From contig JAFGRE010000031.1 in the NCBI GenBank assembly GCA_016935335.1, positions 1-57,144 of the forward strand: DNA of 57,144 nt. The letters run 5' to 3'. A program made the position numbers and the translations under genes. The notes below the pieces were generated by a model. It saw only the letters and a list, made by a program, of their open reading frames with translations, searched no databases and was not told the DNA's origin. Origin of the DNA: Deltaproteobacteria bacterium (GTDB lineage Bacteria > Desulfobacterota > WTBG01 > JAGOGO01). Positions 19,551 through 29,596 of this stretch are shown here, piece by piece; within the stretch, counting starts at the first letter, position 1; every line of letters begins with the position of its first letter.

Positions 19551-20138
19551 CTACAGGAGGCCTTTTGTTGACATTACTCCCTGGATCCGAGCATCAATAG
19601 TGACGGCTTTGGATAAAGCTCTGCCAAAGGCTTTAAAAACCGCCTCTATGATGTGATGTCTGTTATCACCATAAGGGACATTGATATGAAGGGTGATGCC
19701 ACCAGAATTGGTCAGTGCCTGAAAGAACTCCTTGATCACTTCAATATCGAAGCCCCCTACCGTGCCGTGGGAAATGGGAAGATTATACGCCAAATACGGT
19801 CGGTTACAAATATCAAGAGCCACGTGCGCTATCGCTTCATCCATGGGAACCACCGAGCATCCGTACCGTTGAATCCCCTCTTTGTTATCCAAACATCGCT
19901 TGATGGATTCGCCGAGTAAAATACCGATGTCCTCAACAGTATGGTGGAAATCCACTTCGATATCACCACTGGCCGCAATTGACAGGTCAAACAAACCATG
20001 TTTGCTCATCAATGCCAACATATGGTTAAAGAAAGGGATGCCGGTGTTTATTTCAAATTTACCGGTACCGTCTAAATTTAGGTGTAGAGAGATTTTCGTC
20101 TCACTCGTTTCTCGCACCAAAGAGATTTCACGCGGCAT
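19551..20138 (-). CDS. hisB: Imidazoleglycerol-phosphate dehydratase
   Basis: TGIPFFNHML, DFHHTVED, PMDE, NRHHIIEAVFKA and STKG. Confidence 0.96.
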   Translation of the reverse strand: MPREISLVRETSETKISLHLNLDGTGKFEINTGIPFFNHMLALMSKHGLFDLSIAASGDIEVDFHHTVEDIGILLGESIKRCLDNKEGIQRYGCSVVPMDEAIAHVALDICNRPYLAYNLPISHGTVGGFDIEVIKEFFQALTNSGGITLHINVPYGDNRHHIIEAVFKAFGRALSKAVTIDARIQGVMSTKGLL

Positions 20139-20257
20139 AAAAAATTCCTCACTACACTCACAACAAGAAAATCATCTTCCCACACCCCTAAAGGGGAAAG
20201 AAAGTGAGCCATCCGGGAAGGCGAAAAGGTTGGAAGCAACAGGGCCCGAAGCCAAAA

Positions 20258-20578
20258 CTATACTTCCGGTTCTTCCCCCTTTTCCTGTTTCACAGAGACT
20301 TTTTCTTTGATTTTTTCCACTGATTCCTGAACCTTGCCCTGTACATCCGAGAATTTTTCTCTACCGGCTTCCTTTAATTCCTCAGCCCGTTCTCTCAGGC
20401 CGTCAGCTGTTTCTCGCAGGCGCTCGCAAGCTTCTCCCGCCTGCTCTCTTATTCTTTCCCGTGTTTCCACCCCAGGGCGCGGAGCAAAAAGAACCCCCAG
20501 TGTCGCCCCAATAAATCCGCCGGTAACAAATGCCAACGCCAAGGCTGCAAAACCATACTCAGGTCGCTCTGAATTCAT
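20258..20578 (-). CDS. YtxH domain protein
   Basis: FVTGGFIGATLGVLFAPRPGVETRERI followed by a charged helical tail. Confidence 0.85.
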   Translation of the reverse strand: MNSERPEYGFAALALAFVTGGFIGATLGVLFAPRPGVETRERIREQAGEACERLRETADGLRERAEELKEAGREKFSDVQGKVQESVEKIKEKVSVKQEKGEEPEV

Positions 20579-20643
20579 CTCATAACCCCCTTTCTATTCG
20601 GTCTAATTTTATTATTATACTTCTGCAAAATCAAGAGCCGATT

Positions 20644-21015
20644 CTATAAGGCTTTCCTTTTCCGTGCGCTCGTCATTTTTTTCCACCCTTGCTTAAAACC
20701 CCAGAGAATCAGCCCTCGGATGAGTTGGCTACCTACTCCCCTTATAATGGAACGAGACGCCCCCTTAGAGATATGGGTTATTCTATCCTTCGCGAGCGCA
20801 GGGATTTCTTCAAACTCCCTCAGAAGAACGTCTCCACGTGTAAGCAGTGCCTTAAGTTCGTTGTTGACGATCGAATCAAGGCTCGCCGCCGTTATTTCAA
20901 TTTGGCGGGCTGTCCTTCTTAGTTGATTCAGGAAGGGTATCAATGATAGCAAAAGGAGAACAAAACAACCTCCCAGTATGAAAACGACTATAAGTAGTAA
21001 AGCTTGAGTTTCCAT
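20644..21015 (-). CDS. DUF948/YoxC-like membrane protein
   Basis: N-terminal TM then LNQLRRTARQIE coiled coil, next to the YtxH gene. Start moved to ATG 21015. Confidence 0.6.
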   Translation of the reverse strand: METQALLLIVVFILGGCFVLLLLSLIPFLNQLRRTARQIEITAASLDSIVNNELKALLTRGDVLLREFEEIPALAKDRITHISKGASRSIIRGVGSQLIRGLILWGFKQGWKKMTSARKRKAL

Positions 21016-21031
21016 GGCGCACGCAATTGGT

Positions 21032-22363
21032 CTAATTACCAGGGGTACTTTGTTTGCCTTGAAAGATTTCCCAACTTTTAAGGAGTTCAACCGCTCGATT
21101 CAACGGCGGATCATCCTGAAAGTTGTCATTGGAAGATTCTACGGCGCTTGATTCAGTATCATCATTTTTGGGCACTTCACCGGTGTTTGTTTTGCCCAGG
21201 TGTTCCTCAAGATCTTTTTCTCGCAAAAAACGCACTGGATTCGTTTCTTTTTCCGGCCCTTCAATTTGATCTTCAACAATAATATCAGGTTCAATTCCCT
21301 TTGCATGAATTGAACGACCATTGGGAGTGAAATACTTTGCCGTAGTGAGTCGTAGTCCACCGCCATTATCCAAGGGAATGATGGTCTGGACGGTTCCCTT
21401 GCCAAATGTCGGGGTGCCTACGATAAGGGCTCTCTTATGATCCTGCAACGCACCTGCCACAATTTCTGATCCACTGGCAGATCCGGCGTTAACCAGCGCA
21501 ACCAAAGGATAATTGGCTACTTTCTCTTTCTTATGCGCTTCAAACTCTATTTTTTGGGATGCCGAACGGCCCTCTGTATACACAATAAGCCCTGAATCAA
21601 TAAACTCGTCCGATATTTCAACTGCTTGTTGCAGCAATCCGCCAGGATTGTTGCGAAGATCAAGGATGAGGCCTGCAAGAGAGGGGATCTTTGTCTCTAT
21701 CTCATCTAAAGCTTTTTTAAAATCGCTCGTAGTCTGTTCTTGAAATTGAGTTACACGGATATAGCCAAACTTGTCATAGAGGGTTTTGTGTTTGACGCTT
21801 TTTATCTCAATAATATCACGGATGATTGTATGTTCTTGCAGTTGTGTGAGTCCCTCCCTCATAACAGAAATAGTTACGCTGGTGCCCTTTTTCCCCCGCA
21901 GCTTTTTTACTGCGTCAACAAGAGTCATATTTTTTGTTGTCTCCGAGTTTATTTTGAAGATTTGATCTCCGGCCTTAATGCCGGCTCGAAACGCTGGTGT
22001 GTCTTCGATGGGAGCAACTACCGTAAGGATGCCGTCTTTAACGGTCAGTTCTATTCCTAATCCACCAAATCGTCCCTTAGTTTCCACTTGCATCTCTTTG
22101 TATAAATCGGGAGGCAGGTATGAAGTATGGGGATCCAGGGTGTTCAACATGCCGTTTATTGCGCCTTCTACAAGGTCGTCTACGTTGGTTTCTTCTACGT
22201 AGTCTTTCTGTACGGTATACAGGATATCACTAAATACTTTGAGATTTTCGTAATTCTTATCAGTTACCGCCGACACAAAGGTGCTGTTTTGGTTGATGAG
22301 ATATCCCAAAACAAAAAAGGCAAGGAATAAAAGCCATAAAAGTGTAGTTTTCTTACTGCTCAC
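21032..22363 (-). CDS. ctpA: Carboxy-terminal processing protease (S41, PDZ)
   Basis: LDPHT, GGLGI PDZ motif, LDLRNNPGG, SASGSEI and TFGKG. Confidence 0.93.
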   Translation of the reverse strand: MSSKKTTLLWLLFLAFFVLGYLINQNSTFVSAVTDKNYENLKVFSDILYTVQKDYVEETNVDDLVEGAINGMLNTLDPHTSYLPPDLYKEMQVETKGRFGGLGIELTVKDGILTVVAPIEDTPAFRAGIKAGDQIFKINSETTKNMTLVDAVKKLRGKKGTSVTISVMREGLTQLQEHTIIRDIIEIKSVKHKTLYDKFGYIRVTQFQEQTTSDFKKALDEIETKIPSLAGLILDLRNNPGGLLQQAVEISDEFIDSGLIVYTEGRSASQKIEFEAHKKEKVANYPLVALVNAGSASGSEIVAGALQDHKRALIVGTPTFGKGTVQTIIPLDNGGGLRLTTAKYFTPNGRSIHAKGIEPDIIVEDQIEGPEKETNPVRFLREKDLEEHLGKTNTGEVPKNDDTESSAVESSNDNFQDDPPLNRAVELLKSWEIFQGKQSTPGN

Positions 22364-22397
22364 AATTGGTCTCCTTATCTTCAGACAATACCAGCTG

Positions 22398-23642
22398 TTA
22401 TTTATTTTTTTGCAACCACGTTAACGGATCTAACGGTTGGCCATGGTGTCGGATTTCGAAGTAGAGGTTAGGCCCTTTAAGAGAGCCCGTCTCGCCGACA
22501 AGTCCAATAGTCTCTCCCTCCTCAACCTGGTCACCGACCCTTTTGAAAAGTTCGGAAGCATGACCAGAAAGCGTATAATATCCATCCCCGTGATCGATTA
22601 TAATGATATTCCCATAGCCCTTAAACCAACCGGCATAGATGACGCTACCTTCAAAAACCGCATGTATTGCACTCCCCGTTTGCGCCAGGATCTCTATCCC
22701 GTTGTTAAAAGAGATGGTAGAGAATGCCGGGTCTTCATGCTTGCCAAAATGCGTTATAATACTGCCCGCCACCGGAAAGGACAACTTATTCTTAGAGACG
22801 GGAAAGGCTCTTGGTCGATGTATAGTATCAGCTTTTATCTCTTGTTCCAACTGATCAATTAATACCTGCAAACGGCGAGAGGCTTGTTTGAGTTCCTCCA
22901 GCGCTTCAAGATGAATTTCTTTTTCCGTTTTTATCTTCGCCAGAAGGTCTGTCTTCCCTTTTTTATGATGAAGAATTTGCCGGTGCGTTGAATCAGTCTT
23001 TTCAATCAATAGTGTAAGGTTTTTTTCATTTTGATTCAAGAATTCTTTGTTTTTCTGGACTTTTTCGAGGGATTCGGAATAGGCGTCAACGCTTCTCACG
23101 CTGTAATCAACAACGCGGATCATGTGGCTGTTGATCCTCATAACGTCCCCCAGCGAGTCGGAAGAGAAGAAAACGCCTGGCATTCGTAGCCGGCTAATCT
23201 TATAAAGCGTTCTTACATGATAAGCCAACTCTTTTTCCTCTCTCATAAGCACAGACTGCAAGGTTGCATGCTCGTCATTCAGCCTCTCAATCTCTTGCTT
23301 TTTCTCCTCGAGTTTCGCGACGTAGTTCTTGTGTTCTGCTTGTTTCTGAGAAAGCATTTTTTCTATTTCGTCCAGCTCGGACAAGACTTTTTTTTCCTTC
23401 TTTTTCGTGGTTTGAATTTGAATTTTTTTGTCCGCGATCCTTTTTTGGAGCTTTTCCAATTCACTCTTTTCCTTAAGTAATTGGCCGCCATTTTTTTTGT
23501 TTTCTTCCTCTTGACACTGGGCGGCTTTTATTTCGAACCAGCCAAAAAAAACCGGTCTGTCAGACGAAAGTGTGGGGGTGACGGCAGGAACGAATCCCAG
23601 TAAACCAACGGCGATACCGATTGAAAAGGCTACCTTGATCAT
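22398..23642 (-). CDS. envC: Murein hydrolase activator EnvC (coiled coil + degenerate M23)
   Basis: Long coiled coil; NNGIEI and LYFEIR (Zn ligands lost, as in EnvC); follows ftsEX. Confidence 0.88.
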   Translation of the reverse strand: MIKVAFSIGIAVGLLGFVPAVTPTLSSDRPVFFGWFEIKAAQCQEEENKKNGGQLLKEKSELEKLQKRIADKKIQIQTTKKKEKKVLSELDEIEKMLSQKQAEHKNYVAKLEEKKQEIERLNDEHATLQSVLMREEKELAYHVRTLYKISRLRMPGVFFSSDSLGDVMRINSHMIRVVDYSVRSVDAYSESLEKVQKNKEFLNQNEKNLTLLIEKTDSTHRQILHHKKGKTDLLAKIKTEKEIHLEALEELKQASRRLQVLIDQLEQEIKADTIHRPRAFPVSKNKLSFPVAGSIITHFGKHEDPAFSTISFNNGIEILAQTGSAIHAVFEGSVIYAGWFKGYGNIIIIDHGDGYYTLSGHASELFKRVGDQVEEGETIGLVGETGSLKGPNLYFEIRHHGQPLDPLTWLQKNK

Positions 23643-23645
23643 AGC

Positions 23646-24548
23646 TCATGACACTCTTAAATATCTGCCCAAAGCGAAAAAGCTTCCTAGCAACCCGGTT
23701 GCCATTCCTCCAATCAAAATGAAGAGTCCGTAATTCAAGGGAAGAAATGATATCTGCACATACTGCAAAGGCAAAAATGACTGATGCACAAGCCATCCAG
23801 CGCATAGGCGGAAAGAGCCGTAAAGCGCAATCAACGCTAGCACCGCCCCCAAAAGTCCCTGCACTATCCCTTCAAAAAGAAAGGGGATGCGTATAAAGAG
23901 GTTGCTGGCTCCCACCAACTTCATTATCTCGATTTCCTCTCTTCGAGCGTAGACAGTGAGCCTAATGGTGTTGGAAACAATAAAGATGGTTGCGAATACG
24001 ATAATGGTTCCAATAGTCCAGGCAACGGTATTGACAAAATTGAAAAAACTTTCATACCCTTCAATCCAGTCTTTGGCATATTCCACTTCATCGACGCCGG
24101 GAATTCTCTCAAGGTTGCCCGCTAGCGTCCGAAGCCGCTCGGGGCTTTGGTATCCAACCTTAAGGCGAATTTCAAAGGAGGCGGGGAGGGGATTCTCCTT
24201 AAGGCTTCCGAATACGTGCGCCTGGCCGGGAAATATTTCCTGTAACGACCGGATCGCCTCTTCGGGGGAAATAAAAGAAACCTCCTCAACCTCATGAAAG
24301 TTCATTATTTTCTGCCTGACCGCAGTGGTCTCATCAGGTGGCAGACCATCCTTGATATAGACGGCGACCGGAACTTGCCGTTTCCAGGTATCCAAGTACT
24401 TCTGGAGTGTCAGAGATATCATTAAGAAGGAACTGAGCACAATCAAAGAAAGGCTGATTATGCCAACAGTAATGAGATTAATAAGAAGAAACTGTCGGAT
24501 ATTCTGAATCGCTTTTGCAGTAAAGTAGACGAGCTTTCTGATTATCAC
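23646..24548 (-). CDS. ftsX: Cell division permease FtsX
   Basis: NPLPASF, NTIRLTVYARREEIEIMKLVGA and PFLFEG. Confidence 0.93.
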   Translation of the reverse strand: MIIRKLVYFTAKAIQNIRQFLLINLITVGIISLSLIVLSSFLMISLTLQKYLDTWKRQVPVAVYIKDGLPPDETTAVRQKIMNFHEVEEVSFISPEEAIRSLQEIFPGQAHVFGSLKENPLPASFEIRLKVGYQSPERLRTLAGNLERIPGVDEVEYAKDWIEGYESFFNFVNTVAWTIGTIIVFATIFIVSNTIRLTVYARREEIEIMKLVGASNLFIRIPFLFEGIVQGLLGAVLALIALYGSFRLCAGWLVHQSFLPLQYVQISFLPLNYGLFILIGGMATGLLGSFFALGRYLRVS

Positions 24549-24553
24549 ATTAT

Positions 24554-25261
24554 TTACTGAACGTTTTGGGGAACAAACGAGCCTGAGTTCTTATGACTCG
24601 AAACGAAAACCCCCTGGACACTTCCCTTTTTTAAGACAATCAGCTTGGTTGGGTGATAACTTAAAAGGTTTTTATTGTGGGTGGCAATAACGACTGTTGT
24701 TCCCCATGAGTTAATAACTTTAAAAAGTTTCATAATCTCCTTCGTGATGTCTGCATCTAAATTACCCGTTGGTTCATCGGCAAGAAGAAGGATCGGGTCG
24801 TTAACAATAGCTCGCGCAATGGCAACTCTTTGCTGTTCACCCCCTGAGAGCGCTGGGGGTATTGCGTTTATTCTATTGAGCAAGCCCACTTGCTTAAGGA
24901 CTTGAAGGACCCTTTTTCTGATAAGCTTTTTCTTCAGGCCAAGCACTTCTAATGCTAAAGCTACATTATCATAAACCGATCGGTGATTAAGCAGCTTAAA
25001 GTCTTGAAAGACAAATCCAACACGGCGGCGCAACAAAGGAATGGTGGATGTCTTGGCTCTTACGGTATTGATACCATCAACAATAATTTGGCCCTTTGTG
25101 GGAGGTTCGGCCCCAAAAATCAATTTTAGCAGGGTGGTTTTGCCGGCACCGCTGGGACCGATGACGAAGACGAACTCTCCTTTATCAATTTTTAAGTTTG
25201 CATCAGCGACTGCTCGGTAGTTGGGGGGATAGATCTTGTAGACATGGAACATCTGTATCAT
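24554..25261 (-). CDS. ftsE: Cell division ATP-binding protein FtsE
   Basis: [24 protein letters not shown] and ADEPTGNLD. Start moved to ATG 25261. Confidence 0.95.
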   Translation of the reverse strand: MIQMFHVYKIYPPNYRAVADANLKIDKGEFVFVIGPSGAGKTTLLKLIFGAEPPTKGQIIVDGINTVRAKTSTIPLLRRRVGFVFQDFKLLNHRSVYDNVALALEVLGLKKKLIRKRVLQVLKQVGLLNRINAIPPALSGGEQQRVAIARAIVNDPILLLADEPTGNLDADITKEIMKLFKVINSWGTTVVIATHNKNLLSYHPTKLIVLKKGSVQGVFVSSHKNSGSFVPQNVQ

Positions 25262-25673
25262 GCTGAAAGGATCCTTTGCCAGGAGGAAGGAATGGGGTTT
25301 CCCCCACGACTCCTGGGAAATGACGCAACACCGAGCTGCTATTTCCTCAGAGCCTGCGAAGCGTTGCTGGGTAGCATGCTCATGATGAGCTACAGGTCTA
25401 CCTGACAGAGTTTCTTTCTCACGCGATTTCCGGTGAGCGGGCGATACCACAACTGATTATTTATCATAACCGATTTTGTTTAGCATCATTCAGAATCATT
25501 TGCAAGCACTTTTGCCATCTAGAGCGCATGGCAAAGGAGCCCGCATACTTCCCGGAAGGCAGATACTATCAGCATTCTTCCTTTCGGTTTATCTCCCGTG
25601 GTTCCCGGGACAGGCGATGTTTACGCCTTAAGGTATTTTATTATGAGTCTAAAGACGGCTAACAGTTTCTCCT

Positions 25674-26681
25674 TTACGGAGCGGGAGTCCCTACCGTGCG
25701 AAATGAAATGACCGTATAGTTGTCTATGCAAAGAAAGGCAAGAGTGCACAGCAACGCGACAAGTAGCGATACACCAAGAACTGCCCAGCGAAGGGAATCC
25801 CCCGAAGCCAGCCTGTGCGTAAGGCGTTGATCCCAAATCTTCAGACGCTTTAAGAGTAAAAACGTATGGTAGGTTACATAGCACTCTACCGCAAAAGGAG
25901 GAAATCCCAAATAACCAGCTAGGGGCATTTCGAACAATTTCGGGTCATTGAAAAACGGGAGTGTGTAGATCCACTTCGTTGCCGCCCAGTAATTCCAAAA
26001 TTCCCAAAGAAAGCCGCAAATAAGTCCAGCCGACAGCAGAAGAAGGGGAGTTCTTGAATATCCTTCTTCCCAGTCCCGGAGCAAGGAAGGGCTTCTGTGT
26101 ACATAGTTAATCGGCTCCAGGAGAAATATAAATCCTATCCATATCAGTGGGAAACCGTATCGAGGCATTATGAGTGGTAGGAGCAGCGAGACAATTCCGA
26201 TGGCGTAGAAAACAAAAAACCAACTTTTTGGTACTACGCGCTTTCGAGTGGCAATGCCACTATAGAATCCCCAACAGGCCAGCAGTTCGGTGGTTTCAAA
26301 TACGCCGGGTACGACCGTGGCAAAGGATATGAAATAACCGGTCCATCGGATCCAGCAGAGATCGATTACATTGGAATAATGCCAGTTCCCCATTCTCACA
26401 TTTGTCATTTCGAAGAAAAGCCAGAAGATGACCGACCAGGGAATCATTACGAGAAATTCTCGAGTTCTGTTGATTATGAGCGAGTTTCTCTGAATATGAT
26501 AAACAACACCGTCTATTATAATGATATAAGACCACCACACAAAAGGATAGAAGCAGGAGGCAAAGGGCTCAATCCCGAGGAACATCAGAGTTTCGGCAAT
26601 CGTCAATAAAATCAAACCAAAAACAATCTGAAACCAGGCTTGTCTTTTGTGGTTATCTCCTGAGGCAGATTTCGATTTCAT
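25674..26681 (-). CDS. Polytopic membrane protein of unknown function
   Basis: About 9 hydrophobic segments, Trp-rich WEFWNYWA..KWIY and LFEMPLAGYLGFPPF. Confidence 0.75.
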   Translation of the reverse strand: MKSKSASGDNHKRQAWFQIVFGLILLTIAETLMFLGIEPFASCFYPFVWWSYIIIIDGVVYHIQRNSLIINRTREFLVMIPWSVIFWLFFEMTNVRMGNWHYSNVIDLCWIRWTGYFISFATVVPGVFETTELLACWGFYSGIATRKRVVPKSWFFVFYAIGIVSLLLPLIMPRYGFPLIWIGFIFLLEPINYVHRSPSLLRDWEEGYSRTPLLLLSAGLICGFLWEFWNYWAATKWIYTLPFFNDPKLFEMPLAGYLGFPPFAVECYVTYHTFLLLKRLKIWDQRLTHRLASGDSLRWAVLGVSLLVALLCTLAFLCIDNYTVISFRTVGTPAP

Positions 26682-26872
26682 GTTTTTCGGGATATCAGTA
26701 TAATGGATTGCAGCTTCCTTCTTTTCAAGGAAGTATAACTCTTCTTAAGAATTTTAATGAACTTTTTTTGAATCAGAAGAGGCGAGAACCATTTTTTGGG
26801 TAACAGGTACAAGGGTTTTGAGTGATTGCGTTTAGGCACAGCCAATGACCCACAGCATGGAACATCCTTTTC

Positions 26873-28180
26873 GTGGCGGGAGATATGTCCTTTAAGGCGA
26901 CTCTTTCGTATCATTGTAAAAGGCTGGAGATTACTATCACATCAAGGAATTTTTTAGGTGTTCTCTTGCCGCGAAAGGCAACGCCCATCCAAGACCTCAA
27001 TCTCGCTATTGCTGCGGCCTTAGATAGACCCGTGGGAAGCCCTCCTTTTGACAGCCTTCTCCAGAAGGGGGACACGGTGGTGATTATTGTCTCTGATTTA
27101 AGCCGGTATACGGCAGCTCATCTGTTCCTTCCCTTTATCGTACGGCGTTTACAGCGCAGAGGAATACCAGATAAAGATATAACCATTCTTTTTTCCCTTG
27201 GAATCCATCGAGCAATGACGTTTGAGGAACAGAAGGCTGTTGTGGGTGAAACAGTGGCGGAGCGGATCAGGTTGCAGAACCATGACTGCCGAAGCACAGA
27301 AGATTTGGTGTCATTGGGGACAACGGGAAACGGAACGCCGGTGATTATCAATCGACGAGCGGCGGAAGCAGATAAAGTTATTCTGACGGGAAGCATCGGA
27401 TTACATTATCTTGCCGGCTTTGGTGGCGGCCGGAAGAGCATTATTCCAGGCATTGCTGCCTACGAAAGTTGTGTTGCCGTTCATCTCAGAGCCCTTATGC
27501 CGGCAAAAGGACGACATCCCCATGCGTGTGCAGGGAACCTTCAGGGAAATCCCATGCATGAAGAGATGATGGATGCCTGCGAGTTGGTTGCCCCGGCATT
27601 CCTGATGAACACTGTTATTTCACCCAGCGATGATATACTTGAAATAGTAGCTGGGAACTGGAAGGCCGCTTTTTTTGAAGGATGTCGATTTGTTGATAGT
27701 CTCTGCAAAGTTCCGCTTCGGCAAAAAGCTGATTTGGTAATCGCAAGCTGTGGCGGCTTTCCGAGGGATATCAATTTTATTCAGGCTCATAAGACGTTGG
27801 ATTATGCCATGAACGCCCTGCGCTCGGGCGGTGCGTTGATCCTCGTGGCTGCGTGCAAGGAAGGAATCGGCAATCAGGATTTTTTGCGGTGGCTTCGTTT
27901 TCAGAATCCGCTGGAAATGGAAACGGAGTTGAGAAGACACTACCAGATCAACGGACAAACTGCCTATGCAACTTTGCTGAAAGCTCAGAGGGCGAAGATA
28001 TTTCTTCTTTCCGAACTTCCTGATTTCGTAGTCCGAAAAATGTCCATAACTCCGGTTCATTCTTTAGAAGAGGCTTTTGCTCAGGCACAATGTTTGGTGG
28101 GAGACAATCCATTGACCTATCTTATCCCGCATGGGTCGATGGTTTTTCCGTGCGAAGAAACCACGGATCAAGAAATTTAA
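26873..28180 (+). CDS. larA: Nickel-pincer-dependent lactate racemase family protein
   Basis: SDLSR, LGIHR, HYLAGFGGGRKSI.PG and DINFIQAHK. Start may be slightly downstream. Confidence 0.85.
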   Translation: MAGDMSFKATLSYHCKRLEITITSRNFLGVLLPRKATPIQDLNLAIAAALDRPVGSPPFDSLLQKGDTVVIIVSDLSRYTAAHLFLPFIVRRLQRRGIPDKDITILFSLGIHRAMTFEEQKAVVGETVAERIRLQNHDCRSTEDLVSLGTTGNGTPVIINRRAAEADKVILTGSIGLHYLAGFGGGRKSIIPGIAAYESCVAVHLRALMPAKGRHPHACAGNLQGNPMHEEMMDACELVAPAFLMNTVISPSDDILEIVAGNWKAAFFEGCRFVDSLCKVPLRQKADLVIASCGGFPRDINFIQAHKTLDYAMNALRSGGALILVAACKEGIGNQDFLRWLRFQNPLEMETELRRHYQINGQTAYATLLKAQRAKIFLLSELPDFVVRKMSITPVHSLEEAFAQAQCLVGDNPLTYLIPHGSMVFPCEETTDQEI

Positions 28181-28207
28181 TCCTTAGATCGGAGGACTGG
28201 AAGGGTA

Positions 28208-29596
28208 GTGTTGAAGAAAAAAGTGATTCGGCGGTTAGAGAAGATTGTAGGACGGGAAAATTGCTCCACCTGCCAAGCAGACTTGGTTTGTTACTCCTAT
28301 GATGCGGTGAACAAGAGATTTTTGCCCGACGCAGTTGTATTCCCCGCGAATGGTGCCGAAATTTCAGCCGTTATCGACCTTGCCAACAAGGAACAGTTTC
28401 CCGTTATCCCGCGAGGAGGTGGTACTGGTTTCAGCGGAGGGAGTTTGGCGGTAAGAGGGGGGGTGGTTCTTGTAACCACCCGGCTCAATCGGATTATTGC
28501 CCTCGATACGGAGAATCTGACCGCGATTGTTGAGCCTGGCGTTATCTGCGGAGACTTCCAAGAAGAGGTGGAGAAGCGTGGTCTTTACTACCCTCCTGAT
28601 CCGTCGAGCCTTGCCTTCTCCACGCTGGGGGGTAATGCCGCTGAATGTGCTGGTGGTCCCCACGGTTTGAAGTACGGTGTAACGAGGGATTATATTACCG
28701 GGCTCGAAGTGGTCCTTCCTACCGGCGAGATTATGAAAACCGGCGTACAGACAATGAAAGGGGTTGTCGGGTATGATCTTACCCGTCTTATTGTCGGATC
28801 CGAGGGTACGCTGGCGATTATTACCAAGATATATCTTCGTCTTCTGCCAAAGCCAGAAAGCAGTGTCACAATAATGGCTGTTTTCTGCAGCATGCGCTCG
28901 TCTGCAGAGACCGTGGCCAGCATCATCCGGGATAAAATAGTGCCATCAAAATTAGAATTTTTGGATCAAGAATCAATCAGATGCGTGGAAACCTATCGAG
29001 ATCTGAACCTTCCGAAGGATACGGCAGCGTTGCTGCTCATCGAGCTTGATGGCGATATTTCCAGCGTGGAAAAACAGGCAGAGCGGGTGGTGGAAATCTG
29101 CCGGAAGGGGGGGGCCTTTCTTGTTAATCGAGCGCATACTGCCGTCGAGGCAGACCGGTTATGGGAGATACGACGTGCTATTTCTCCCTCCTTATTGCAG
29201 TTGAATCCAACGAAGATTAACGAGGACATCGTCGTTCCTCGAAGCAAAATCCCAGATATCCTTGACCGGATAGAGAATATACGAACCCGATACCAGCTCA
29301 AAATTGCAACTTTTGGCCATGCCGGAGATGGAAATATTCATGTGAACCTCATGGTTGATGATGCTGTTCCCGGAGAAATCGAAAAGGCAGACAAGGCTGT
29401 TGGCGAGATCTTTGAAGAGGTCCTAAAACTGGGCGGGACTATTTCAGGAGAACATGGTATCGGGATTACGAAAGCGCCTTATATTTCCATGGAACTCAGC
29501 GAAGCGGAGATAGCATTAATGAGGAAGATAAAGCGTATTTTCGATCCCAATGATATCCTCAATCCAGGGAAAGTATTTTATGACTCGCCCCGTTAG
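28208..29596 (+). CDS. glcD: FAD-linked 2-hydroxyacid oxidase/dehydrogenase, GlcD-like
   Basis: PRGGGT, YPPDPSS, GSEGTL, NED, GHAGDGNIH, SGEHGIG and LNPGK. Confidence 0.9.
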   Translation: MLKKKVIRRLEKIVGRENCSTCQADLVCYSYDAVNKRFLPDAVVFPANGAEISAVIDLANKEQFPVIPRGGGTGFSGGSLAVRGGVVLVTTRLNRIIALDTENLTAIVEPGVICGDFQEEVEKRGLYYPPDPSSLAFSTLGGNAAECAGGPHGLKYGVTRDYITGLEVVLPTGEIMKTGVQTMKGVVGYDLTRLIVGSEGTLAIITKIYLRLLPKPESSVTIMAVFCSMRSSAETVASIIRDKIVPSKLEFLDQESIRCVETYRDLNLPKDTAALLLIELDGDISSVEKQAERVVEICRKGGAFLVNRAHTAVEADRLWEIRRAISPSLLQLNPTKINEDIVVPRSKIPDILDRIENIRTRYQLKIATFGHAGDGNIHVNLMVDDAVPGEIEKADKAVGEIFEEVLKLGGTISGEHGIGITKAPYISMELSEAEIALMRKIKRIFDPNDILNPGKVFYDSPR

